From Eutreptiella sp. 'Long Island Sound 2002' (lineage: Eukaryota > Protista > Euglenida): DNA of 64,000 nucleotides. The translations under genes and the position numbers were made by a program. Of the stretch, positions 47,191-57,990 are shown piece by piece; the first letter of the stretch is position 1; every line of letters begins with the position of its first letter. The notes under the pieces were generated by a model. That model was given only the letters and a program-made list of their open reading frames with translations, searched no databases and was not told the origin of the DNA. Location: contig OZ038379.1 of the NCBI GenBank assembly GCA_964036045.1, forward strand, positions 19,654,001 to 19,718,000, given 5' to 3'.

Positions 47191-49592
47191 AACTGCTTTG
47201 CAATCCACAATTGGTCAATGCACTAGCATGGTTGCTATGAAACCATGGATTTGCACCATGTGCACCATGAGCACTGCATGTTCTTGCCCCCCTCCCCCCG
47301 GTTCTGAAGAACCGTATGCCCAAACATCATGGGTGTGTTGTCGCCGTATTTTTTTTTTGGAACCATGAAATTGGTGGTTCTTTTTTTTTTTTTAGGGGTG
47401 ATGATGTGTATTAGAGCTATTGGTGTTATTTTGCATTGATTTGCAAGTCGCAGATGATGTTTTCCTTGCAGATGATATTTTCCTTGCTGCACTGCACAAC
47501 AGACTGCAAGATTGAGCTAGAGCACACCACTACTCATCACCTATTGGGCCAAGTGGAAATGAATTGTGAGGGGACGACTTTGCACGCAAAGCCATCCCGT
47601 GAGAAGGTCATAACAAAACAACATTGGTCACAGTCTCAAGTTGTACCAAACTTGCTGCGCATCCACCACAACACCGCCACAAAAGTCAGCGTCATGGAAT
47701 CCGTTGATGAGCTCCATTGTACTTGGGCCGCTCCACAAAAGCACCATGTTGACCCTCGGAACCTGGCCGGATGATGAAAAGGCGGGATAGAATTGTTGCT
47801 GAGGCCAAGAAGCATGGCTCATCTTGCCATAGCTATGCAAATTTCTCGCTGTCCGTGAGACTTGTGAAGACCACTTTCTATGCTAATGACAATGGACGAT
47901 GGCAAATAGTTGTGTTTCCGATTTTGTGGTGAAGGCTATTGGTTGCTGCATGTGTGCTCTTGTGCTGTGCACAAACAATGGCATATTCAAACATTCAAAC
48001 ATGGTTTTGTGTCCACAACCACAATTTTTGGTCCTTTTGCCATTGTTTGGGCAAGGGGGGGGTGGAGGTAGTAACTCCACTTTTGTGGACTGTAGTATGC
48101 AATACTATTCATGAGGAAACAGGAGCGCTGGGCCCTCCCCACTCTTGCACAAGCATGGCCTTGTGTGAGGGGGAGCACTTGGTGCAACGCTCTCGCGGTG
48201 TACGCGTGGCTTAGAGAATAGGTAGTCTTGCCCCACCAAGCACTCATAGTTGCTGCTTCGGGGATGAATGTGTCTGCCCCCTTGAGTTGGGGATATGGAC
48301 TCACAATCCACAAATTGAGTGGCCCCTTAAGTTGGGGATATTGACTTGCTATCCACAAACTTATATTATAGGGCTATGGTAGAACATTTGTTCGGCCGCT
48401 TGTGGCATTGGAGTTTGGTGCACAATATTTGGAGGGGCAATATGGCTACCCTTCATAAATCTACTTGTATCTTGTTGCACCTAACCCAATTTTGTATTCA
48501 GTGCCAAGTGTGGGTGGATATTTGAGAGGTGATTGATGTCGACGATGAAGGGGATGATGGTGAAGTGTGTGCTCTGTGTTGCATGAAGGAAGCATCTCTT
48601 TTTTTCTAGTGCAATACTTGTCATCTCCATTGTTGCAGTGATTGTTTTAGGACCCACACATGTGGGGATGGATTGCAGACATGCTGCAGAATAATCCACT
48701 GAGTTGCCCTTTTGTGTGTGCAACGTTTGTGGGAAGGAGGGATGTTTCTCCTTAGCGGGCATTTTGCGAGGGGGTAAAAGCCAACCCCTTTTGCGAAAAC
48801 CCGCTGCGCGTGGCGGCAACGTACAATTGCATACTAAGGTGACAGGTTTCCAGAGTCCAAATATACGTCCCACTGCTGCTGTGCGGGGCACACATGTTGT
48901 ACTTAGACTGTCAGCATGATCCGGTCCGTCTGACCAAGCACTTACGAGGCACACATGAGTGTGAGAGCAAAAAAAAGCAAAATGTAGCGCGTGGTGCGCA
49001 CACGGCGCAGATACTCCCCTTAAGCACCACGCCCCCGTGCTACTGGATGTGGTGGCTGAAGCGTTTTGTTGAACTTCGCATGTTTCTCTCACGGATGGCA
49101 TTTTGGGGCAATGGTGAGGTTGCTCAAAATGGCCAACTAAGCCATTCTCACGAACCTGTGATCATGAGAGATATGGTTCACATTGTTTCTTACAACAGTG
49201 CCGGAATGTTGCTCTAGAACGGCTAGAGGTTCTGGTTTCACCCAAGGCAAGCCGCGCCCCCACTCAACGCACCAGTGTAACTGAAGTGTGTGTAGGCCAA
49301 AGATGGCCTTTGTGTTTTGCCGCCGGAGCCTCAATATTGGTGGAAACCATCGCCTGCACCACCGTGCTCCATGCCTAGGCCATCCCATAGTGGGGCTCTT
49401 CTCATGCATGGGGAAAACGGGGTTAGTTTCCAGTGGAGTAGTCTAAAAGGCGCCCGCGCTGCGTGTGCAGTGCAGGTACCCTTCCCCAAGATGGCGAGGG
49501 TGGTTATCCCAGAACTATGGGCCAGTGACGACAGGTGGCTGGCGGGCAAATGTCGGTGCAGTACTTCCACTTTCCCCGCATCCTACACAGAC

Positions 49593-51025
49593 ATGCTGGT
49601 CGCATCCACATGGCACCCGAGCTCCGGACCTGCGGGCGTTTCCGCTGCTGCTCGCTGGGCAGCCCGAGGCCGGACCCTGATGGCCATGCTCTGCCTCTGG
49701 GCCTTTACCCCACTGCTCGTCATCATGGCCCTGCTCGCCTGGATGCGGCATTGCGTCTCTAGGAGCAGGTCGGAGCCCTGCAGCCCTCCGAAGAAGCTGC
49801 TGAGAATCCTGGTCACTGGCGGCAAAATGACAAAGGCGTGCACTGTCGCCCGCGTTGTCGGCCGAGCCGGGCACACGGTAGTCACAGCAGAGGTCATGCC
49901 ATACAAGTTCTGCCACACCCGCTTCAGCAGCTACGTCTCCAAGCACTACATTCTGCCACGGCCCACCGCCCACCCGCAGGAGTGGGAGCAGGCCGTCCTG
50001 GCCATCGTGAAGGAGCAACAGATCAACCTCATCATCCCCTGCACGGCCCCCGTCGAGAGCTCCGCCTACGCCCACCTCCGCCAGCGCCTCCCCTCGCACG
50101 TCCGCATCTTCGCCTTCGATGGGGCGACCTGCGACGTGCTGGACAACAAGTACACGTTCAGCCAGGCCCTACTGTGCGCGGGGATCCCTTGCCCTGAGAC
50201 GGTCAGCATGGAGAGCACGGAGGACGCCCTTGCCTTCTTCAGTCATCGGGAGGGCGACGAGGACGGTGGCAAGCGCTTCATTGTGAAGCCGGCCGTCTAC
50301 AACCCCATGACCCGGACGGAGCTGGTGCTTCTGCCGCTGGAGGACAAGCAGCGGCAGTGGGAGTACCTCCTCTCCAGACACGCCTCGAAGGAGATGCCTT
50401 ACGTGATCCAGGAGCAGCTCCTCCCGAGCCCGAGTACGGCAGCTACGCCCTCTACAACTGCGGCGAGCTGACCGGCTTCGAGCTGTTCCGGTCCGCCTCC
50501 TCCTGCCTCGTGTACGAGCAGCACCCGGAGCACTACGGGCCCGTCAAGGACCTGCACGTGCGCCTGGGGAGGGCCCTGGGCCTCACGGGGCAACTGACGC
50601 TGGACCTCATGCAATGCCCACGTGGGCAGGCCCTGCTTCCCATCGAGTGCAACCCCCGCATCCACAGCGCCGTGTGCACCCTCGAGGACCATGAGAACCT
50701 CAGCGCCGCGCTCACGGACCCGGACTTCCGGCCGGCGCACGCCGCGGAGGTCGTAGCCTCGCGGCCCGGGGTCCATCGCTATTGGCTCATGGACCAGGTC
50801 TTCCTCCGGCTGGGCTTCTGGGCCCCGCGCGGCTGCTTCAGGGTGCCCTTGGGGCAGATGGCCCGCGGCCGGGACGCCCTCCTCGCCGGCGACGACCCGC
50901 TGCCGTTCCTGGCGATGTACCTCGTCCAGGTCCCTGCGCTGCTGGCGTCTGAGCTCGTGGCCGGCACCGCGTGGCTCAAGATCGACTTCTGCATTGGCAA
51001 GATCGTTAAGGCCGGAGGCGACTGA
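49593..51025 (+). CDS. mysC: MysC-type ATP-grasp ligase (mycosporine-glycine ligase family), intronless, about 477 aa, with one apparent 1-nt frameshift near 50428
   Basis: Collinear with recalled cyanobacterial MysC (Ava_3856 type): N-terminal hydrophobic helix, ILVTGGKMTKA..AGHTV, RFS..VSKHY, NLIIPCTAPV, LDNKYTF, YVIQEQL, LTGQLTLD, IECNPRIHSA, DDPLPFL, terminal KIDFCIGKIVKAGGD*. ORF 49317-50471 and ORF 50357-51025 join by adding one base at agccc[c]gag. Confidence 0.88.
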
Positions 51026-51128
51026 CGCCCCCCCCCCCACCCCCTTTGCTGTATGCAAGGGGCAAAGGTGGATGTAGGTGCTTCTGGGCGCCCAACCTGC
51101 ACTGTAGGATGGAAACACAGGTGTGTTC

Positions 51129-51134
51129 AATAAA
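51129..51134 (+). promoter_or_regulatory. Possible polyadenylation signal AATAAA downstream of mysC
   Basis: AATAAA about 100 nt after the stop codon. Use of this signal in euglenids is uncertain. Confidence 0.25.
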
Positions 51135-52675
51135 ACAGGCGAAAGGTGGTAAAATATTGAATGGCTGATCATACGACGTCTCGAAAGTTATCCCCGGAAG
51201 AACTGCCGAACAGCCCCTGTGACACAGGCATATGGTCATAGCCATAACTCACAGTACATTGTTTTGCCTTACTGCACTGCAGCGCAAACAGCAGGTGGGG
51301 GGGGGGACGGGGGATGCCAATCCATCAAAGACCTGGTTGCATCCGGGCGCCCGGGAGACACCTACTGCCCCGTCTGAATCATAAAGACAACCGACTTCAG
51401 TCGCTACAAGCGAGTCGCAGGGCGTCGGCGGGGCTGACCCGGGCAGCCGCCGAAGTCCTCGCACCTCACGCATGCGACTTCTGCTGGTGTACCGCACCGA
51501 TGGCACCCTCCCACCTGCGGTGCATGGGGCACCAATGACCCGCCGGCCACGACGACGCATAGCGGGCCGCAAGCAGGTCACGAAGCGCTCCACACATGCA
51601 CGTCCTGGCATGCATATGCAGCTATGGAGCCCAGTATCCGTTGCTCATGGCCCTGCTGCCCACGAGGTCAGGACCATGCTGGTTATTTTAAAACCTGACA
51701 TCATGGCCCCTTGCGCAAGCAACACTAGGCATTGCTTCCGTCTTCGTTTGCATCGTGGAGGTTGGCAGTCCGGTTAGTAATTGGTCCAATCAGTGCACCG
51801 TGTGTTGGATGCTGTACTGCCCATGGTCCACGGGTGACGAGAGCTTCGGTTGTCATTGGCTCCTCCCCCTAAGGGGACAAATACCTGGCAACAGAGTATG
51901 AGCATGATGGGAAGAATATATCCCCTGACTATGCCGTTGCGGAATATCTGTTTCATCATCCGCTGACCAAGAAGGGGTTCGTTTCTGAGCCTGTTGTGAG
52001 TCTCCTGTTAAATGCAGTCCCTTCTTTCACGCCCTGTCCCCGCATTGTTGGTAAGGCGCGGAGGCCGTGCGGCATCCGTGCTCTGGGGCGGTCCCGCCGT
52101 GCGGTGTGACAGCCGGGGGTAGGGAAAACTGGGGGCTGTGGGCCAAAATAACTTCCGGTGAGCCCAGGGGCCCAGCCCCCCTGCCTCACGGCCATGAAAT
52201 GACATGGCCCGTTTTAAGTCCCCAGAGCTGGGTGTCCAGCTTGAGCCTTTTTGCTGGTCGTGCGATCAGCCTGAGCCCAGGCACACGGAATCTGTGAGCC
52301 GGTTGGCTATGGACAGCTCTGCGGCCCTGGGCCCCGCCATGCGGCGGATGCAGTGGGCGGCAGTACCCCCCCATAGTCCCTTGATTGGTAACGGGATGGG
52401 GGCTGACGGCGTCAAGCTGCAGTGCAGCAGCTGCAGCTCCTGGACTGCTGCCGTGCGGAAGAGAAAGAGAGCTGCAGTACTTGCAGCAGCTGAGAAGGAG
52501 TGCTGCAGTGCTTGCAGCATCTCAGAAGGGGTGCCGCGGTGCTTGGGCTAAGCCCTGCATTTCTCCTTCAGTGGTTGGTCGTGTGATCAGCCACAGCTCC
52601 GGTGACCCGCATCTGTGAAGTCGTGCGACCATGGACAGCTCTGTGGCCCGGAGCCCCGCCGTGTGGTGGGATAGA

Positions 52676-53448
52676 TCTGAAGGCATTGGGTGTGTGCCCA
52701 TGCAGGATTTATTGCTTTTGGCAGAACTGAAGGCATTGGGCGTGTGCCCATGCGGAATATATTACTTTTGGCAGAACTGAAGGCATTGGGTGCGTGCCCA
52801 TGCAGAATTTATTCCTTTTGGCAGAACTGAAGGCATTGGGTGTGTGCCCATGCAGAATTTATTACTTTTGGCAGAACTGAAGGCATTGGGTGTGTGCCCA
52901 TGCAGAATTTATTACTTTTGGCAGAACTGAAGGCATTGGGTGTGTGCCCATGCAGAATTTATTACTTTTGGCAGAACTGAAGGCATTGGGTGCGTGCCCA
53001 TGCAGAATTTATTCCTTTTGGCAGAACTGAAGGCATTGGGTGCGTGCCCATGCGGAATATATTACTTTTGGCAGAACTGAAGGCATTGGGTGCGTGCCCA
53101 TGCGAAATATATTACTTTTGGCAGAACTGAAGGCATTGGGTGCGTGCCCATGCGGAATTTATTACTTTTGGCAGAACTGAAGGCATTGGGTGCGTGCCCA
53201 TGCGGAATTTATTACTTTTGGCAGAACTGAAGGCATTGGGTGCGTGCCCATGCAGAATTTATTACTTTTGGCAGAACTGAAGGCATTGGGTGCGTGCCCA
53301 TGCGGAATTTATTACTGTTGGCAGAACTGAAGGCATTGGGTGCGTGCCCATGCGGAATATATTACTTTTGGCAGAACTGAAGGCATTGGGTGCGTGCCCA
53401 TGCGGAATTTATTACTTTTGGCAGAACTGAAGGCATTGGGTGCGTGCC
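52676..53448. repeat. 50-bp tandem minisatellite, about 15.5 copies (GCAGAACTGAAGGCATTGGGTGYGTGCCCATGCRGAATTTATTACTTTTG)
   Basis: Units start every 50 nt from 52721 to 53421 and are highly homogeneous. Each contains the hairpin GCAT(T)GGG..CCCATGC. Confidence 0.97.
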
Positions 53449-53712
53449 TGAGCACAAGACAAGAAGTGCCGCATGATCGGAGCCATGGGGCCCGTGCGGG
53501 ACTGCCCGGGCCGTGCGGCCTTGGACAGAGAGCGAACAAGGGGGGGAGGGGGTGCGTGCGCTGCGCAACAGGGCATTGCACTTGCTGCGGTATTGTGCTG
53601 CTCTGGCCTGGCTGGGACCGCAGGCAACCGCTCCTGAGGGGGCGGGACCCGGCATATGCCACCATGACACCAGGACACCCCGCCCCCACATACCCCCCCC
53701 CCCCGCTGCCCC

Positions 53713-53980
53713 CAAACAGCCCTGGAAACCATGAAACCCGGCTCTTCCCCCGGGGTCGACGGCATTCCGGCCGAAGTTTTCATACATATGGCCGTCCTTC
53801 TTGCAACCCATGACGGACGCTCTGGGGCAATTTCTGAGCCAGGGAATGATCCCAGCCACATGGGCCCTGGGCATCATGAGCCCCATCCCCCAAAAACAGG
53901 GGTCTCTCTCCATCAATGCACTGAGGCCTCTGTGATTGCAGAATGTGATTTTTAAATGGGCATCAGTCACGATCCTGCCT
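53713..53980 (+). mobile_element. Non-LTR (LINE) reverse transcriptase fragment, decayed
   Basis: QTALETMKPGSSPGVDGIPAEVF, then after a frameshift LSQGMIPATWALGIMSPIPQKQG..ALRPL*LQNVIFKW. These match RT domain 0-2 motifs (KSPGxDG, IPxxW..IPK..RPIxL.N..K). Confidence 0.8.
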
Positions 53981-54010
53981 CCCCCCCCCCCCCCTCTGCG
54001 CAAGCACGGC

Positions 54011-54442
54011 CTTGTCTAAGCACGAAGACCCCGTGTGACCGTTGTTTTCATGGGGTTTTCTGACCACGGTTTTTATGGTCAGAAATTCATTGTTTCGTGA
54101 TTGTGCGCTGATTGTACAGGGAAAGAAGGGCTGGGTCATGTTTGCGATGGTTCCTCTTGCTCACAACAACATTCTGATTGGTACTGCAACCCAATGGTAA
54201 TTGTTTTGCTGTGGTTTTTAGCCATGAAAAATGTTGCTATCGCTGGCTTGGGTGTCACATACATCCGATCCACTGGTGAGCATGCACCTGCCACCATCGT
54301 TGGTCCTTCTACGCGGTTGGAAAGGGTTTCTATTCCGTACCCGTTGATGGGCAGTAAGGACATGAGGACCATGCTGAATTTTGCCTACACGTTGTGTGCA
54401 TGGGCTTGTCTAAGCACGGGGACCCCGTGTGACCGTTGTTTT
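54011..54442. repeat. Direct repeats of about 38 bp (54011-54048, 54405-54442)
   Basis: cttgtctaagcacgRRgaccccgtgtgaccgttgtttt occurs twice. Confidence 0.8.
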
Positions 54443-54487
54443 TCTGACCTTGGCTGTGCTTGCGCAAGGGGGGGGGGGTATGATGGA

Positions 54488-54489
<2 letters not shown>

Positions 54490-54527
<38 letters not shown>
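54490..54527. repeat. (TA)n microsatellite
   Basis: Direct reading. Confidence 0.95.
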
Positions 54528-54530
<3 letters not shown>

Positions 54531-56399
54531 GGATGGTGAGGAGCATTATGGCCGTTTTAAATTATGGCCATTTTCAATTACGGCCAGAGTATTTCTCTCA
54601 GTCAAGCCGACCAACTGCTGCCTGGCGCGCGTCGTAGGCCGCTCTGCTAGGCCTCCGCCGGCGGCCTGCAATTGCCGGGTCGCCCGGTCATGAGGAACAG
54701 CTGTGGGTGCGTGTGTGACGTGTTGTGCGCGCGCCGGGGTGCCATGGTAGGTGGCGGTATTCGTGCCGATCTTTGTGTGTCCCACGCAGAGGCCGGTGTG
54801 GTCCTCACATGTTCGGTCTTGCCAGGTCCTTTGCCCCTGCTCTTGCTCGTTGTGGCCGTGTTGTCCCTGGTTCCGTTGTAGTGCTTTGTTCAGTGCGTTG
54901 CACCAACAATTGCGCTCGCCGTCCGCTTGTTTGTTGGCCGTTGTGTAATGTTGCATGCCGCCAAGGCCTTCATGGTCCTCGCGCGTGACGGTGTCGTCAT
55001 GTGTATGGTGGTGGTAGATGTTGTTGTGGGTGCTGTTGTTGCTGGTGTTGTAGTATTGGTCACGGCTGGTGTTGGTGCCCGTGTTGTATGCGGTCTGTTG
55101 TCTTGTATTTGTAGGCTAGTGCGGTCCTCATGCGTTGTGGTTGGGCGAACCCGCTGTTTGTGCCGTGTGTTTGACAGTGCGCCCCTCTACGGTCGCCCGT
55201 TGGGTATCCTTGGTGTTGTTTTTGTTCACCAGGGAGTCGGGGTAGTAGGTACCAGCTGGGTTTCACCCCACCACCATTGCTGGTACCCCCTGTTACACCA
55301 ACCTGCCACCTGTTCAACAGCGATGGCAATATGCAACGTGCATTGCATTCTGAAACCTGGAAGACAGTCACCGTGATGTATCGTCGGCTCTCAATGGTCG
55401 AGGTCGGCTTGATATTCTAGGCAATGATGTCGTGGTCTTGCTTGCCAAGGCTGCATGTTATCTCCCCGTACCTGAATACACCCCCACCTTGCTGAATGAT
55501 GTCTGTATTGCCGTGGGTCTAGCTCCCCAACCAGCAGAACAATGGCTTGTTCAACGACGTTTCATTCCCTCCTTCTATGGGGTACATTGGCTGTCGTGGT
55601 TGCCCCTCCAAGGCACTAAACGCGACCCCCTGACTGCCAACAGGAGCACCCCAAGCGCTTCTGTACCTGTGGTACACCCCGTGGGCCGGCCCCTCCAAAA
55701 AGACAAATTGGTGGCAGCCTGCCCAATGCACGGCATGCGTGGTGACTGAGGATGAGTGACTGGTTGTTGCAGAGGGTGTGGAATAATTTCCACTTTGACA
55801 TTCCACAGTAACATTTTACAGCAAAATTTTTGTACGCATGGCAATCGAAGTGTGTGTTTCTTTCCTTTGAAGGTTTCGATCTTTTTCCTGATACCCACTG
55901 GGTCTTTACTGATTGCTCGATGTAGGCATGCCTTCTGCCCACTTGGGCTCGCGATTTTTGCTGTACTGAGGCTCCCTTTGGGGGTCCAATGGATACTGCA
56001 CCCATACATTCTTATGAATGTTTGCCTCTTTGATTGTCTTCTGGTGTGACAGCGACAGCTGTAACCCCCCCCCCCCCCTTTCTGCACCCCCCCCCCCTTG
56101 TCCATCCACCCCCACCCCCCAGGGGCTGGGTCAGATGTGCTTGGACAAGGGGCCTCCACCACCAGGGACCACCACCCCCTGGGGAAGGTGCTATCTGGAT
56201 GGGGCAGCCCTACCACTGCTGGACCAAGTGGAAGAAATAGGGGTTGGCAGCCACAGTCTCCGGCAGAGCCTGGCTTCGGAATAGAGGGGTGGGGTCTGTC
56301 TGGATTGTCCATGGTTCTCACTGTCACAAGGGGTCTTTTCAGGCCTTGAACTTGCCTGGTGGCCCTGAAGGGCCTTGTTTTAGTTTTTTGGAAGTTTGT

Positions 56400-57520
56400 G
56401 CCCAAAAGCAGATAATGGGGCTAGTACTACCACAGCACGCCCGACTACCGCGGCAGGCAAGCACGAGCACAACACGCCCAACCACTGCGAGAGGCCAAGC
56501 ACCAGCACACCAAGCCCGACCACCGCAACGGGCCAAACACCAGCACAATACGGCCAACCAGCACAGCAAATACCGCAGTGGAGCAGCCCCACCAGTGAAG
56601 CACAAACAAAGGCAGGGTGGGGGGCGAACGGCGACGCCCGCGACGGGCAAACCGGCGGATGCGCACGGAAAACAAAGAATGCGGGCGACAAACCGTCACA
56701 AGCAGGGCGACAACAGCCGCGAACCACAAAGGGGGGGAGGGTCGGGAGGGGGGCGGCAGACAGAGCCGGCCGGCGAAAAACGAACGGCCCGGCAAGAAAA
56801 GCCGACAGAGGGAGCGCAGGAAAACGAGCGGCAAGATCGAGGACAAGCACACCACAGCCGCCCGCCAAAGGGTGGCGCACCGCACGCGCTCGGGAGGCTG
56901 GCCTGCCCATCCCGCTCAAAGCAACCAACACCACCACAACTGCAACCGATCCCAAACGGCCGACAACGGCCCAAAACACCGGAAACCCAAATAAGCCAAC
57001 CATAAGGCGGCGAAGACAACGGCAACCCAACAAAATCAGCTGAGCGTAGGCCGGCCATAGCACAACGAACTCAACCACAAATAAGCTGACCATGGGGCGG
57101 CTAACGCGATAGCAAACCACTACAACAAGCCGCGCAAAGGCGGGCACGGTGCAATGAACCCAACCCTAAACAAACCAACCACAAGGCGCCTAAGATGACA
57201 GCAACCCAACACAACAGATGGAGCACAAGCCGACCGCAGCACAAAGAACCCAACGCCAAACAAGCCGGCCACAAAGCAGCTGAGACAACAACATCCCAAC
57301 ACAACCGGCCAAGCACAGGCGGGCCGCAGCACAATGAACCTAACCCCAAACAATATGTGCAGATGGTGGCACAAATAACAACAACTTAACACAACGGGCT
57401 GAACACGGGCAGGCCACGGCACAAAGAATCCAACTTTAAACAAGCAGTCTGCAAAGTGGCTGCGGCAACAGCAACCAACCGAGCAAGCGCCAGCCGCAGC
57501 GGAAAGAACCTAACCCGTCT
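56400..57520. repeat. C/A-rich degenerate repeat block with subunits of about 36 and 72 bp
   Basis: Repeated gcacaacacgcccaaccac and gcacaaagaacccaac motifs. Reverse complement resembles 59280-60440. Confidence 0.75.
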
Positions 57521-57584
57521 GCGGGATCCTTATTTTAGGTCTTATCACATTATAAAGATAAAATGATCCAGGATTCATTTGAGA

Positions 57585-57990
57585 TGCAGTCCCCGTCTAG
57601 GTGGTGAACTGCTATGTGCCCCTAAACAGTTGAGGCACTACCACTCCCGTGATGACCTGGCGTGGGATGAGTGGTGTCTAAGTGATAAAGAGGTTGAGAG
57701 AATCGACCTGGAGAATGCTGCCACACCTGAAGAGGCAGACGAACTCGAGGAAATGACTCCCAATGAGATGGCAATAGATGGTTACGCCCGCCATGAATAT
57801 AAACAGGGTTGGAAATTCCTCACCCTATGGGAAAGCTGCGAACCCTCTGAAGCGACATGGGAGCCCATGTGAGGCTTTATACAACCAGATAGGACTATCC
57901 ATCCCATTTTTCGTTCCTATCTTGTTGAGAACAAGGAGAGTTAGCTCCTAACCCGCGCTGAGACCCTGTCCCGGCATAAGAACAGAGACC
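57585..57990 (+). mobile_element. Chromodomain-coding remnant, probably the integrase C-terminus of a chromovirus-like LTR retrotransposon
   Basis: ARHEYKQGWKFLTLWESCEPSEATWEPM*GFIQPD matches the chromodomain xFLVKWxGY..xTWEP pattern. In-frame stops follow. Confidence 0.65.

Noticed and set aside
49317-49592. 92-aa N-terminal extension of the mysC ORF
   Set aside because: It has no similarity to recalled MysC N-termini, and an acceptor-like pyrimidine tract plus AG lies just before ATG 49593. A transit peptide cannot be fully excluded.
50410-50440. Programmed ribosomal frameshift in mysC
   Set aside because: There is no X_XXY_YYZ slippery heptamer. A missing C in a short homopolymer is the simpler explanation.
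49515-51172. Minus-strand ORFs 49515-50099 and 50399-51172
   Set aside because: They are shadow ORFs of the GC3-rich mysC coding strand, with no recognisable motifs.
52204-52551. Cys-rich ORF downstream of mysC as a zinc-finger gene
   Set aside because: It is rich in gcagct low-complexity sequence and partly duplicated at 52580-52660, with no consistent ligand spacing.
47200-52660. A clustered mys operon (mysA, mysB, mysD/E) around mysC
   Set aside because: No DHQ-synthase-like, O-methyltransferase, D-Ala-D-Ala-ligase-like or NRPS motifs were found in the flanking ORFs.
52676-53448. CRISPR array (50-bp periodic repeat with hairpin)
   Set aside because: Units are contiguous and nearly identical, with no unique spacers and no cas genes, in a eukaryotic context.
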